Source: the human T2T-CHM13v2.0 reference genome, Homo sapiens. From it: a stretch of 64,000 nt of DNA. Where the stretch lies: assembly GCF_009914755.1 (NCBI RefSeq), contig NC_060931.1. One strand, 5' to 3'. This document shows positions 28,846 through 42,470 of the stretch, in pieces; position 1 is the first letter of the stretch, and every line of letters begins with the position of its first letter. A program made the translations under genes and the position numbers. The notes under the pieces are model-generated. The model was given only the letters and a program-made list of their open reading frames with translations, was not told where the DNA came from and made no database searches.

Positions 28846-30337
28846 ATTCGTTGTGTGACGAACAAAGCACATGAGAAAATAATCCAGGGCTATCAAGTAG
28901 TTGAACCTACTTCATAGTAAATACCCAAGATATTGACTATGGTATTGGGACATAACATATGTGACTCACTTGATCAGAATTTGCGTTGGTGTTTTACAAG
29001 AGAAAGAGAATGCTATTGCTGGAAGAGAGGCAACAGGAATAGGCTTCTTCACTATTTTTCCTGGAGTTTGCTCTGGGCAAGTGCTCCTCGGCTAGAGGTA
29101 CTACTCTTTAGAGAATACTGCAACAGTATTGTGCATATATAAATACAGCTCTGTTCCTGAAGGCAGCCAGAAGAAACATCCAGGAGAGGATCATCTTGAA
29201 ATGTCATTTCAAGCCTATAGATCACATCATAGTCGTTATCAGTAGGCAGAATTAGATTTCGCGATCAGCAGCTATCTTCATCTGGCTTGTCTGACTACAA
29301 CTCTCCGTTCTTTCAATAGTGTGCAAGAAAAAGCATCAGTCATAGGATACTAGTTCAGACACTATCCCAGCAAAACTTACCAATGGTTTTAAATTGTTAA
29401 AACAATTTAAATAATTGTTTTATTACACAAATGATTTTTATAATCTTCCCAGTCATAACTTGAGCTTTGCTTACCAGTAGGACAAGAAAGTATGAAGCAA
29501 AGGCATTGCCACCGCTCAACTCCAACTACATAAGTTTCTAGATTTAAAAAAATTTTGTCAAATTTTTATCAGTGCTCTTAACCTAATTTTCTTCCTCTTT
29601 AGCTACATAAAGATTTCAGGTAATAATAGTTGACTCTAGAGTATTAGGGAACTGCTTGCAAATTTGCTCCAACCATATTCTTCTATTCTTCATATAGACT
29701 TTTCGTTTTCTTTCTCACTGCTGTCAAAAATTTTTAACCACCCTCATGTATGCACTATTGTAGCAAATATATTCCCTGCATTATATTTTACTCAGTGATT
29801 CACAAGGTCACATGTAGACTTTATGCACAGGGATACTATGTATGTGTGTGGCATGGATCGCCTATAACAAATTGGGCACTCCAACAATGCCAAAAAATAT
29901 TAAGTAAGCCTTTATACCTGGAGATCCCCGTGATGAGTAGAAAATTAGCCAAGACTATTCCAATGACATTCTTGACGTGTTTTATTTTTGGTAAAAGCAT
30001 GAAGATTTGGTGGATTAGAGAAAGAGTAGCACAATTTAAAACTGAAATTATAGGATAAGAGTAGTCCTTGGTTACCCATTTTCTAAAGACAGAGGATTTC
30101 AGAATTACTTTGTTTTTCACAATTGTTATTTCACAAATTTTGAAGCTTCTTCTCCTATGGAATATATGCTAGCCTATGGACGTATCCAGATTAAAATCTT
30201 ACATTCTCTTTTAGGTAATTTCTGTTTTGTCAATAATTTTTCTTGGAGAAAAATGTACTAATACAGTGTTTTCTCCAATGATCCTCCAACTAAGTCTAAC
30301 ATTTTTGTGTAATATATCCTTTCTGTTTGAGGGATTT

Positions 30338-30373
30338 CCACCCCCCCCCCCCACCCCCCACTGCCCCACCACC
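30338..30373 (-). other. G-rich tract with G-quadruplex potential (C12 run on plus strand)
   Basis: Plus strand has C12, C6 and C4 runs; minus strand reads G4-N4-G6-T-G12. Confidence 0.55.
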
Positions 30374-31329
30374 ACTGTAAAAATCTGGTCAATGCAAGAG
30401 GACCTGGTTAGGTACCCCAACATTTTTAACATTAATTATTTCTGATTTATTTTCTAGAAAAGACCTTCAGTATTCTGCTTGCATTCATGTTTATTTGGTC
30501 ATTTGCTTTACAATGGACTGGTCCTTGCTGACCTGTTTTTAAAAGAGTTGGTTATCTGCAATTTGAGCAACCAGTTGAAGTTGTTTTATAAAAGTTTTAA
30601 GCCTTCATTTTCTGCCAGTGAACACAATGCTGCTTGGTTTCTAAGTATAGAGCCATCTATGTAAAAATCGCCACTTTAAAATCACAAGAAAGAGACTGTT
30701 CAGCAAGTGGAGGAGATTATTGCAGCAGGAAGAAACTGAGGGGACCCTCCATGTGGCACCCACTGAAGAGTATTTGAATGTTTATCATATCATCAGTGTG
30801 GCCTAGGCTGTTGCCTAGCAGTTATCTAGAGAACTACTTCACGTTTTATTTTAATTTAATAAGGTAAATCGAAGACTTTTGTTTGCTTGCTTGCTTGTTT
30901 AGTTCACAGATTAGGAATAAATCTGGACTGGAACTTGTAACAATTAACTAGGGCATTTGAAAGTCCAAGCCAGCCTCTTTATGAATTACATTTTGAAAAG
31001 ACAAGCTGCTATCTCATTGGTAACTTTCAGGAGACCACTCTTGGAATTAAATTTAGAAAACATTTATCAGTTATGTTGCCCAAAATCACAATGGACAGGG
31101 CACTTTCTGCATAGCTAATACACAAGCGGCATCCGCCTGCAAATCACAGAGCACCCCTACTATAGCATAACTAGGACAGGAGTCAGGGAGACGAACCGAT
31201 TTAACATTTCATGGAGAATTCAAAGCTATGCTTCTCTAACTTTCCTACCCATTTCTTCCCAGCTTCCCTTCCCCCGCACCACACACCCAGAAGCCACTCA
31301 ATTTGCCAACCATGTCCAGTTTAACTTAC

Positions 31330-31560
31330 TGCAGTGTGATGCAGGCGAAAGCTGAGCGCATCTCTGAAGCGAGAGCCACTGCTTTTCCGGAGAGGAACTG
31401 GGACTAGCCAGTTCTCAGGATCCTTTCCAATTCACACGCTCCCGGCACAGTAAGAAGGCTCCCACACAGCTCGGCTTCCCCAGAGGAGTGGAGCTTCAAG
31501 AACTCTGCTCACAGCATCCTCCTCCCCACTGCCACCCCCTTCCAGAACACCCGGCCCATT
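31330..31560 (-). other. Putative first exon A (5' boundary uncertain); possible coding start MRSAFACITL from ATG at 31361
   Basis: Strong donor ACTGCA|gtaagt (GT at 31329-31328). ATG at 31361-31359 gives 10 codons plus 2 nt (phase 2). A short upstream ATG-CTG-TGA uORF is also present. Confidence 0.6.
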
Positions 31561-31866
31561 GGAACTAGTGTCTGAAAGATGGAAATCTACTTCCAGGCAG
31601 CAACACAGGCTGCCTGCAGTTCACCCGTCTCTGATCATTTGCAACTAAAAAACAGCGGAGGCTGAAAGACGTAGGTTTCCGGAGCCTGAAAGTCATCTTT
31701 GGCGTCCCCCTTCCCCACCTCTCACTCCTCCCACTTCATCCCCGCTCCTCTATCGCGTCCACCCCCAGTCCTCCAGACTCCCACTCAAGCTAGCTATCAC
31801 AAATGATTATTTTATCATCCAAACCAGTAAGCAGCTGAAGGAAACAATTTGTCAGAGATGAAATAC

Positions 31867-31943
31867 CTGTTGTCCATGACTAACGCTCTTCTTCAGTCTC
31901 TCTTAGTCCTTGATTTATGTCAAGACGCGTTGATATTGGAAGT

Positions 31944-31997
<54 letters not shown>

Positions 31998-32100
31998 GAG
32001 GAGGAGGCGATTTGCGCGGCTGCAAGCACCAGCCCTGCCTATCTCTGGCTGCCGCTTCTCCAGCTGCTATTGCTACTCTTGCTGATGGAGCTCAGGGGAA
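31867..32100 (-). other. Putative first exon B (5' boundary uncertain); possible coding start MDN(R/S) from ATG at 31877
   Basis: gtcATGGACAACAG|gtattt: Kozak with -3 G and +4 G, donor GT at 31866-31865, phase 2. No other minus-strand ATG for ~350 nt upstream. Confidence 0.55.
31951..31996. repeat. (GT)23 microsatellite
   Basis: 46 bp of perfect GT repeat inside putative exon B/promoter. Confidence 0.97.
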
Positions 32101-32961
32101 AATGAGACAGGGAGACAAGGCTATACAGCTGTTTAACTGCTGGTCCAGTTATAAGACAGGGGAGGAGACGGTGCAGGTGAGAGGCTGTTGAGACAGTGAG
32201 CTGGATTCACTGCAATTACTACCACTCACTATACATCTCAGGGAGGAAATATGATACCCGTCTCCCCTCTCCCTTCTACAGCTGTAGTCCTTGGTGGGTC
32301 ATTGTTCAGCAACCATCTGCCGAAGCCACTTCTACCAATTGTAGCAGCTGCAGACGCTCTTGCTGCATTCCGGCTTGGTAACCTCGGAGCAGGTGACTGG
32401 AGGATGGATGAAGTAGAAAGGCAGTTAAATATTGGGAGAAACTCTATGTGTGTGTAACCAATCAGGGCACAGATAAAAATAACAATTTTGAGGCACGTGT
32501 GTAAAATAGTGTATTAGGGTAAGAAAAATGTAAGTAAGTCAATAATCAAGATTTTTGTGGACTGTGTACAAAACCAGACAGTTATTAAGCAGTGTGCTTA
32601 CCAGCTTATACACGGGGTATCTTGACATAGAAGTCCCGTGGTTGCTCTTAACTTATCTATATAATATTCTCAATGATTTCAATGCATTAACATCTCTCTG
32701 TCAGCTACAGACTCTGGTAAAACCAACTTGATTCTGTCTTCTATTAACTTTCATTTGCTCTCCTTATTGGCTGCTCTCATTAATCTCCAACATATTCTCA
32801 TAAAAAATATGACATTCGGCAGAACTTAGAAATGGAAGACGTTCTCAAATCCCCCAAAGAATAGAATACTTCTTAATTACTAGTAACATTTGCTCTAGTA
32901 ATAGTCTGTCTTCACTTTCTTGTTCTGTAGATTGAGTAATCATGAACAACCCCTCCTAAAT

Positions 32962-32982
32962 ACACACACACACACACACACA
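32962..32982. repeat. (CA)n microsatellite, ~10 units
   Basis: tacacacacacacacacacacat. Confidence 0.9.
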
Positions 32983-34479
32983 TCACTTAATTGAATAGTA
33001 CTTTTAATCCACTTTCAGCCTCCAGTTGTCTGAGCTAAAAATAAACTTAATTCCTTTTGATTTTATTTGTAATGCACGCCTTTAATTATTTCTGCCTCTG
33101 AGTACTTTTCATATTGGCCATATTTTTTCCCAGTTGTTAGGGCTTGTGTAATCAGGGTTAATCAGGGTTAAATTAAACAGAGGGGGAACACGGAAGAAAG
33201 AAAATATAAGAAAAGACCCAGAAGGAAGAAAATAACCCAAAAGGATTAAATAATACATCTTTCCCTGATGTGTTTATACTGCCTTTAGCTAAACAAAGAC
33301 CAGTTAATGAGCAAAGCATTTATCAATTATCCAACAAATATCAATTTGCCAAAGCCAGCCTAACTTCAATTTTAACAGATTTTATCAGAGGCTAATATTT
33401 TGTTTTAAAAATCATATAATACCTTAAATGCGAATAGCATCCAGAATTTTTTAACGTCAAAATTCTAATTAAACATGATGCCAAATAGCTATTTTTCTCT
33501 TCATTTGTTGTCTGTCCATTAAATAATTATTGTATCACACAATTAATATTATTAACAGTCTGAAGAGTACCTTTTTTATACTTGTGTACACTGCAGTGTA
33601 AGGAAGTAGGCACAAGAAGTCTCTAGCACATAGAAATACATTTTGATACAAAAGGCCAACTTTATCCACAAATGGTATGATTTTAAACTTGCCCTGCTCA
33701 ACAAATTCATCCCTTACTATAACTAGCAGGATCTTGCCATTTGTAGTTTAGCAGGGTTTTCTTTTTGATCTTTTTGGTTATTGTTTTTTGTTTTACCTTT
33801 ACTCCCATTTTGAAATTAAATCATATTTAGGAAGAGCACTAACACTCTAAACATTATTGAGAGACATAATTTATTAGCTATCTTCATTATAAATAAGAAG
33901 GAGTCTAAACATCTGGTCTGGGTAGAGCTGGAAGAACTACAAGATGTTAAAATAATTGGTAATGAGTATTTAACATCCATCTTGTTAGTTTTTTTTTTTT
34001 TTTTTTAACAGCTTATAGCATTACTAAGATTCACTTTAAGAAAAAACCACTCTCTTAAAACTACAAGGTTTGGTAATGGAGGAAGAAAATTTTCAGTTAA
34101 GGATTGGTGATTGAATCTTATTCCTGACTCATAACTCAAGATTTTCCATTTTGTGGTAAAACTTACAAATCACTCCCTTACAACACTGTGCCCATTTCTC
34201 CAAGATGCTTCTCTGCTCCCATCACTAGATTTTCAGAAACTTCATGGGAATCTGTTTATCATTCATCAATCTAAAAAATAAGAGAAAAATGAACTTGCTC
34301 TATACTCATTCCTCAACATAATCATCAATTTGTGAAAATATATAGAAACGAATCATATTAATTTTCATCTACATCTCCTTCATCATCAAAACAAGTATTC
34401 CCAAACTAAATTTTGTAATTTAATGATAGTCATTTACTGAAGAGAACCCAAAAGTTTGCAAACTGTACAACAGCAAAAG

Positions 34480-34590
34480 CAAGCCATGTTTGCTTAGTTC
34501 ATTCATGCGTCTCTAGCATCTACCAAAGTGCTTAGAAAGTGGTATGTGCACAGTAAAATAACGTTTGAATACGTGAGTGAATGAATTAAT
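34480..34590 (+). mobile_element. L2 3' end
   Basis: tctctagcatctaccaaagtgcttagaaagtggtatgtgcacagtaaaat...gagtgaatgaat. Confidence 0.6.
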
Positions 34591-35128
34591 CTGTGAGTGC
34601 AGGGCATTGGGAAGATAAGTGAGCTGGAAATAAGGGTGTTTGAATTCTTTTCGTCTTTTTTCTGCTGCTAAATAACTGGCACTTTAAGGATGTGACTCAC
34701 TTCTCAGGGTCTCTAAGTGTCCTTTCATATCTATCACTCACAGGCTCCACAGAACTGCACAATAATGCCTGTCCTTAAGATTCCTCCAAAATGAATTTTC
34801 TACTATACAAACTCAATCAATAAAGTTATCTAGAATCTAATTTCCTGAGGGGGCTTTCAGGGTCCTATTTAATCCCTAAGAAATTCACAGCTCTCTCTCT
34901 ACTCCCCTTTTGACTTCTAAATCCCTACCTAGTCTTGTGATTACTGGACTAGAGCCTTAAAAAAAAAACAAAAACAAAAACAGATTGCTACACATTTATG
35001 TGTGCTTGTTCCTAAAATGTTGGCCTTATATCAAGGATTACAAGCAAGACAACTTTCATTTACCTTTCATCACTCTTAATAAATTAATTCTTAAACAAAC
35101 AAAATAAATGATGAGAGACAGCACTTAA

Positions 35129-35512
<384 letters not shown>

Positions 35513-36074
35513 TCACAGCACTGTATGTAAACTGGTGCTTAAAAATTACTTTGTCATGTTAATGTTTTTCAACAAACATTTATTAAACATCTATTATCTG
35601 CAAAGCATTGGGAAAAGAAACAGTTCAATAGGATATAGCTTTATCTTTTAAAGAATATACAATCCCATAAATAAAGGTATTCTCACTTTAAATTTTTTAT
35701 ATAAGTATTTTATCTTTCAAAAAAAATAAATTGCTCAATAATTTAAATCCTTACCAACTTTGGCTTTAATCATGAGAGGATAGCTACTTCCTAAATTTAA
35801 CAAAGTGCCATACGGGAGCTTTTCCACTGGTTTTAAATCAATGAATCAGTGGGACATAAGCTGGAAGGCTAGGAGAGATTCAGAAAAGACATGATATTAT
35901 TGCACTCCCCTTGAAAAGAATAATGATCATAAAATATGGGATTTGATAGGCCTTCAGATCTCTTTGGGTCCAATTCTCCTCTTTTACAGGAGAGGAAACT
36001 AACAAAATAGATCACCATCACTAATTTCTGGGCAGGCCATTTACAGGCCTTTCCACTGGACTTCCTGGCTTTGT

Positions 36075-36270
36075 CACAAAACAGACGTGCTTCAATTCCC
36101 AGCTAGGTTAATTACTGGCTCCATGATTTTGGGAAAATAATTTTTTTCTACACCTTAGTTTTCTCACCTATGAAATGAGGATGCCATAGCACCTACCCCA
36201 CAGAGTGGTTGAGAGAATCAAATAATGTGTCATGTGTGAAGCACATAGCACAGTGCCTGGCAGCATTCTG
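36075..36270 (+). mobile_element. MIR SINE
   Basis: ccttagttttctcacctatgaaatgaggat...acctacccacagagtggttgagagaatcaaat...cacagtgcctggca. Confidence 0.8.
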
Positions 36271-38667
36271 CATGTGCGCTTACATGTATACGTGCATGAA
36301 CACACACACATGTGCACAGGGGTAATGGTTTCCATAACTGTGTGCCCTGTCTTCATTGAAACCATAATTTCTGAGGTTAATATTTAAGTATATGACTTTC
36401 AAATTATTCTTATTTCTTTATACATGAATATGTAACTGAATGGTGATGGCAGAATCTGAATGATTCTTAGGGGCAGCAAGCTTATTGTTGACCTAGTAGG
36501 CAATTTTAAATCAGAAAGGCAATTCTTCCTCTGCTTCGATGAAGGTACCTGGTATTATAAAGTGGTCTGAGCAATGATAAGTAATATTAATTAGGGGAGA
36601 AGATATTCAGTCAAACTTTCTGAGCCACCCACAATGTGTGAAGTCCTAAGCTGGACACATAATTAAGGAACCACAGAAAATGCAGCAAAACACGATTTAA
36701 AGCACAGCATAGAAATTCTGTGACAGAGAAATTGTAGTTGTCCAACTGAAGTTTTATGTGGAAAATTAGCAGACTGTAATATAGCCCAGCCATTTATTTG
36801 GCTGTCTCAGTGATGGATGTGGAGTAAACTATAATTGATTTAGCAATGGTCATCCACACAGTGTTCCTGAAAATGTCCACGTTTTATACTGCATGACCTC
36901 ACTTTATTATTTAGACCAATTGTTTAAAAAAAGAGAAGGCATACATATTGTGATTTTATTTTATTTTTTTGAGAAACTACATAGGCCAATTTAACTAGTT
37001 CTTCTATACCCACTCTAACCCTTGAGCAATATCCCATCACTCTTTCTAACACGCTGGAGGCCATTTAGGTGTCTCTACATTAGACTTAGAGGCCAAATTA
37101 TATTCATATTTACACAGAGCCCTGCACACAGAAGGCACTGAAAAGATTTTCAGTTGTATTGATATGGACTTGTATCAAATAATCATTTTAAATGTCAGTT
37201 TTGAAAGAGAACAGAAAACCTCCATCTAATAGCTAAATCTTTAAAACACCATGCTATCAACTGCAAATAAATACACTAGCTTTAAGCCATCTAAATGATT
37301 AAATCTGTTTATATTGTTTACAATTTAGAGAAGAATGCCTTAAGATAAAGCATTTTATTTTTTTTGGCTGAGTTGGGGAGGGCCTGAATAGCTTTCTATC
37401 ATATCTTATATGTGACTTAACCTTAGAGCTATTTTTTATTAAATGAAATCTTACCTTTCTGTAACTTCTATAAAGACAGGTAACTTGAAAGGAAGAGTGG
37501 AAAAATTTGTAACAGTAATGATAGCCTCATGCAGTATGCATCAAAATGCATATACATATAGACTGGTTTTGGGGTGACTTTAACAAAGCACTTTGTTGAA
37601 AAAACAGATGCTATATAATTGTGGAAATGTAATAACAAAACTCATTATCATTATCTTCACTGTTGTAAATCAGCCATCTGTGTGGTATTTGTCCTTGAAG
37701 TTAGTTTGAAAAAGTAAGGATGCATTTCTTCAATTAACTTTCTCAGTCTATGACTGGCTGGAAGATAAATATGGATATTAAAATAATAAAATGTGTGGGT
37801 AAAATAGAAAGGCTCATTCTAAGCCTCAATTAAATGTCCTTAAAATTTAACTCTTATGCTTTTAGCGATGGCTTTCTATTGTACATTTCCTGCATCCAAC
37901 TTGAAGAATTGAAGAAGAAAAACTTCATCATGTATGTACTGTGCAGCTCACACAGCTATGTCTGTTAAAGCCAATTCGTTTCATCCTACGGTGAATAATG
38001 TCTTATCTTTATATTATAACCATATTTTAAAATGTCAGATTCTCAAAAAAACTCAGCATAAAGAAAGATGCTGAAAGAGGGGTTGTTTTGTGCAATGTTG
38101 CCTTGTACTAATCATTCTTATATGCTTTTAATAGCCTCTTTATTCTTATGAATATCAATATTATGCACGCACTATATTACTGGGATTTAGCTTCATAGGT
38201 CTATGTAGAGTGTTGTTAAGAAGCACTTTAATAATTTGTAGAAATTGAAAAAAAAATGTTTTTCATTTAACATGTTTAAAATAGTTATACCCAGCCCAAT
38301 GTTTAAAACTGAGGTTTCTTGGCTAGTATAAAAATTTAAATCTGCAAATGGCCTTTATCACATGTCAGATTGCAAAATAAGAATACATTGCATAATTAAA
38401 ACAATGATTAAATATATATTTAAAAATCAGTCACTTTATTCCTCAATTGGGATGACCCGAATTCAGAAACCATATTTGTCTTGGGTGATTTATCTAAAAA
38501 TGGCTTTTGAGGTGGAATAGTTTTTTTTATAAAACATTAGCACATAATGTGTACTTTTACATCAATAGAAACTGACATCAAAATTAAGAGGGGAAAATTA
38601 TGTTCCATTGGGATAATCTTGGGACACTGTGATTTAATGATGCTTTAAATAATCAAAATCATGTATT

Positions 38668-39047
<380 letters not shown>

Positions 39048-39068
39048 CCTTATATATTAGGAGAAGGC

Positions 39069-39100
<32 letters not shown>

Positions 39101-39309
39101 ACACACCTATGATAAGTAATTTATTATGCATTGAAAAGATTTCTTCCAAAACATATTAAAAGAAAAAGACTGGAAGACATAAACCTTTATGGAAACTTTT
39201 GGTTTTCTTTTTTTGGCTACCAAAATTGTTCATTTTAGTGAGAAAAAATACTTTTATGTTAGGATTTAATCTAAGATATATGATCAACAAATAACACCTT
39301 ATTTAACTA

Positions 39310-39490
39310 TTATAACTATCCTACGAAGAAGATACTCTCGTTACTTTCAATTTTCACATGAACAATCAGAAGTACAAAGAACTTAACTAATTTATCCAAA
39401 GATATACAACCTGTGGGAATGACAAAAGCACTGAATCTCTCTAATCTGGCTCCAAAGTTCCTATTCTTAACACCTCTGCTACATTGCTTC
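39310..39490 (-). mobile_element. MIR SINE
   Basis: aacttaactaatttatccaaagatatacaac...tctggctccaaagttcctattcttaac. Confidence 0.65.
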
Positions 39491-41559
39491 TCCACTTTAA
39501 AGAGACAAATATTATTTAAGATTTGAAATTTGAATGCTGAGGGCAATACAACAGTTAGTTGATTAATCTATGTTTAATCAGTATAGAATATCACTAATGC
39601 TTGAAATATTGATATTTTATATTAGCTTTAAATGACCTGGGGGTGATAATTTAATAACCTAATTAAACTCCAAATTCAAGCTTTCTTTCATTTTTTCATG
39701 TTGTAATCTATCTCAAGCACATGCATATTTACTGCAATGTATAGTATGTATCATATGCTTTATGCCAAAGTAAGAAATAACTGTATACAGCCATTAACTC
39801 ATTAATCTTAATATATATATATTGACCTTACAATGTATACATGTAGTAAAACATGTTATTATAGTTATCAATTTTTTGTAGTGATTTCCAATTACAGTAT
39901 GAACTCATTGACAGAAGGGCCATATTTTATTTGCTTATCTTTAGTTCTTTGAAAAAAATAATGGAATCAGAAGCACTACCAAAATTATCACTGTATCAAT
40001 AAGTGTAGTTGTGTAAGGACCTGTCCAAATGCTGAAAATATTTTAAATAATTGATCTTAAGTTATTTCATATTCTGGTGTTGGAGTATAAGTGTTTCTAT
40101 TTTCATTTTTTTATTGGGCTTAGGATAATTAATTATACAGTATATTTATTATTTTAAATATTTTTCAATGTTATTAACTTATAAGCTCTATAAGTACCAG
40201 GACTCTCAGAGTTTTTTTCCTCCCACTATGGCTCCAACACTCAGCTCAATGTCTGGTGCTTTGTCACTGAAGTTTAATGATTTATTAACTACTCAAGTGT
40301 AAATTGAATTAACAAATTCAGGAACTGTTGATAAATCTCTTCTTTTTCTGTGTTTCCCTTTAAAAAACAGACTGGCTTTTTCAAATCTATATCACCTGAG
40401 AAAGATGTATGTGTCCACCTGCGGTTTTCACAAGTACCTTAGCTATAGGAAAAGCATCTGGGTACTATGATCCAAAACTGCAAAACTGCGACAACGCTGT
40501 TTCATTTGACTTCAGATGGGAGACCAAAGATGTGAAAATAAAAATGAAGGCAATTAGTAAAATTAATGGACCATTCTCTGTTATAGAGTTTCTAACTTTG
40601 TTTACATAATAACATGTTAGAATATTATATGTCAATAAAACAGTATGCAGATGCCAGAAAAAAGGAAAGTCTGGCTAATATCTAAAATGTCTGGACTATG
40701 TTCAAAACACATCAGAGTTCTGGTTGTTTTGTACTTGTTTTAGTTTGTTTGCTTCTACTCAGTGTCCTGCGCCCTTCTTCTGGTAACAAATTCTGATTTT
40801 TCTTTGAATACAATTTTATTGGAATATAAATAGAGGCAACTTTGTTTCCAAGGCCAAGTGGACATATATTAGATGAACCGGAATCTCTCTCTAGAAATTT
40901 AAGCTTTCTAAAGTATGCAAAGCTGTTGGAGGTGATAAATTCCACAAGAAACATCCTCATATGTTTCATATCTAGATCTCCAAATAGGCCTATTTCCTAA
41001 TGTTTCTAAGCCCAGTCCTATAGTGGTTTCTTTTAGTTAGTCAACTACTTCATATTTGTTGAATATTATAATTTTGCATCAAGTAAGCAGAATTCATTTT
41101 ATTTTCCTGCAATAAGAACATTAACAGTTAGATCAAGCAACAATGAAACATTTAGAGTGTGCCTCAGAGGAATGAGTTCACTGGGGGACTGGTTGGGGTA
41201 ATTTATCTGATAGTAATAGGTAGAATGCGCTGGAACAAAATGAGACAAGCACCTGGAGGACCACGCAGGAGGCTGTTGAATAGCTTACATGAGAAGTCAG
41301 AACTGTTTTAATGGAGTTAAAATAAAAAGTATTTAGTGTTATGTAGATTCAGCCACAAAATTCATCATTATTTCTTTCCTTAGCTGCAACAAAGTAGGAC
41401 TAAGTGGACGCCAGTGTCAAGGCTAAATATTGTCGTGAAAATCTATCATCATAGGTTTTATCGCTTATGTCATTTTATGATGTTAACTGTGGCTCCAGGC
41501 TCCATTTCTCTTGTAGGGTGCAGAGTTTCCCACACATATGAGTGTCCCATACGTCTACC

Positions 41560-42160
41560 TCTTACCTACAGATAGACCATCTTTCATATTGTCTCGTACA
41601 GAAAGCACTTCTCTGTTCCTTTTAAGTTATCCCTCATTATTTTAAATGAATATTCCTTATTTCACTTGTCAAAGGTAATTATTCTCCACCATTTCTTTCC
41701 GATTTTGTGGTTCTCGTCAAGTGCCCCACTTTGTTCAACTTTCTTTCTCATAGAAGATGTCATTTCCTTCAGTTTCATCAAGAAAGGTGGTGCTGGTTAG
41801 CACTCTTCTTAGCTTCGCCAGCCTCACTCACAATGTTCCAGCATTGTGGATCAGTGAGTCTTCATACTACTGTCCTGTCAGTACTCAAGATGTCTTCTCT
41901 GCCCTGAAAGATTGATGGCGATGTGACCTTTTCCTTGCTTTGTTTGGCACACAGTAAACCCTTATTTCACACTCCGCTCTGTTCTCTTCTCCTCTGGAAA
42001 ATATACGATTTCACCCTCTGTTGACTACCTTTGCACATGCATACTGAGCAGTTATTCTGTTTCCACCATTATGGCACTTTTTACATTTTCTAGAAAATTT
42101 CTATGAATGCTCCTGTTGCTCTCACTAAAACATGTAACTTCTTGAGGTTATGTATCCTAA
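41560..42160 (+). mobile_element. Degenerate L2
   Basis: Pyrimidine-rich L2-like body; 3' part ctcactaaaacatgtaacttcttgagg. Confidence 0.4.
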
Positions 42161-42169
42161 TCATCATAA

Positions 42170-42470
42170 TATTTATTACCTTTGAGTAAGAAAATTGTGT
42201 CCTGCATACTAGATATTGTGCTAATCACTGTAAATACAAACACAAATGCCATATATTTCTCTGACATTAAGGACCTTTAACTAGGTGGAACCCAAGAAAC
42301 AATTCTAATATTTCAGAGGAGAGTGATAATAGGAAAAGTAGGTCTGGAAGAGCAAAGAAGGAGGCAAACTAAATTGAAATGGGAAGAAAATGACACGGAA
42401 GTTTTTCCTGGGGTAGTTGACATTTGGGAAGAATTTTCAAGGATGACTTGCTAGATAAAAAATAATGGTA
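42170..42470 (-). mobile_element. L2 3' part; resumes at ~50160-50630 after the L1 and MER20 insertions
   Basis: catactagatattgtgctaatcactgtaaatacaaa...ttcctggggtagttgacattt; continuation ctaaggaatttgaaacttaccct...gatacaatgtgattaaatctacatttt. Confidence 0.6.

Larger units (their letters stand above)
31120..32470 (-). promoter_or_regulatory. Putative promoter/5' region of an unidentified minus-strand gene (GC and CpG elevated, not a classical CpG island)
   Basis: Sharp rise in GC and CpG against the AT-rich background; no recognisable interspersed repeat from ~28.9 to ~34.4 kb. G-rich minus strand at 31500-31790; NF-Y-type AACCAATCAG at 32456-32465; E-box cluster; two minus-strand splice donors. 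Confidence 0.75.

Noticed and set aside
31849-32105. Plus-strand ORFs spanning the promoter region
   Set aside because: Kept open by the (GT)n repeat; splice and Kozak signals point to the minus strand.
31120-32470. Assigning a gene symbol, or calling a CpG island
   Set aside because: No coding exon long enough to recognise; CpG density is raised but appears below a classical island. A genome alignment is needed.
33149-33168. 10-bp tandem duplication taatcagggt x2, superficially telomere-like
   Set aside because: Only two units and not TTAGGG; ordinary slippage. Similar small duplications occur at ~1586-1619, ~47403-47436 and ~55983-56029.
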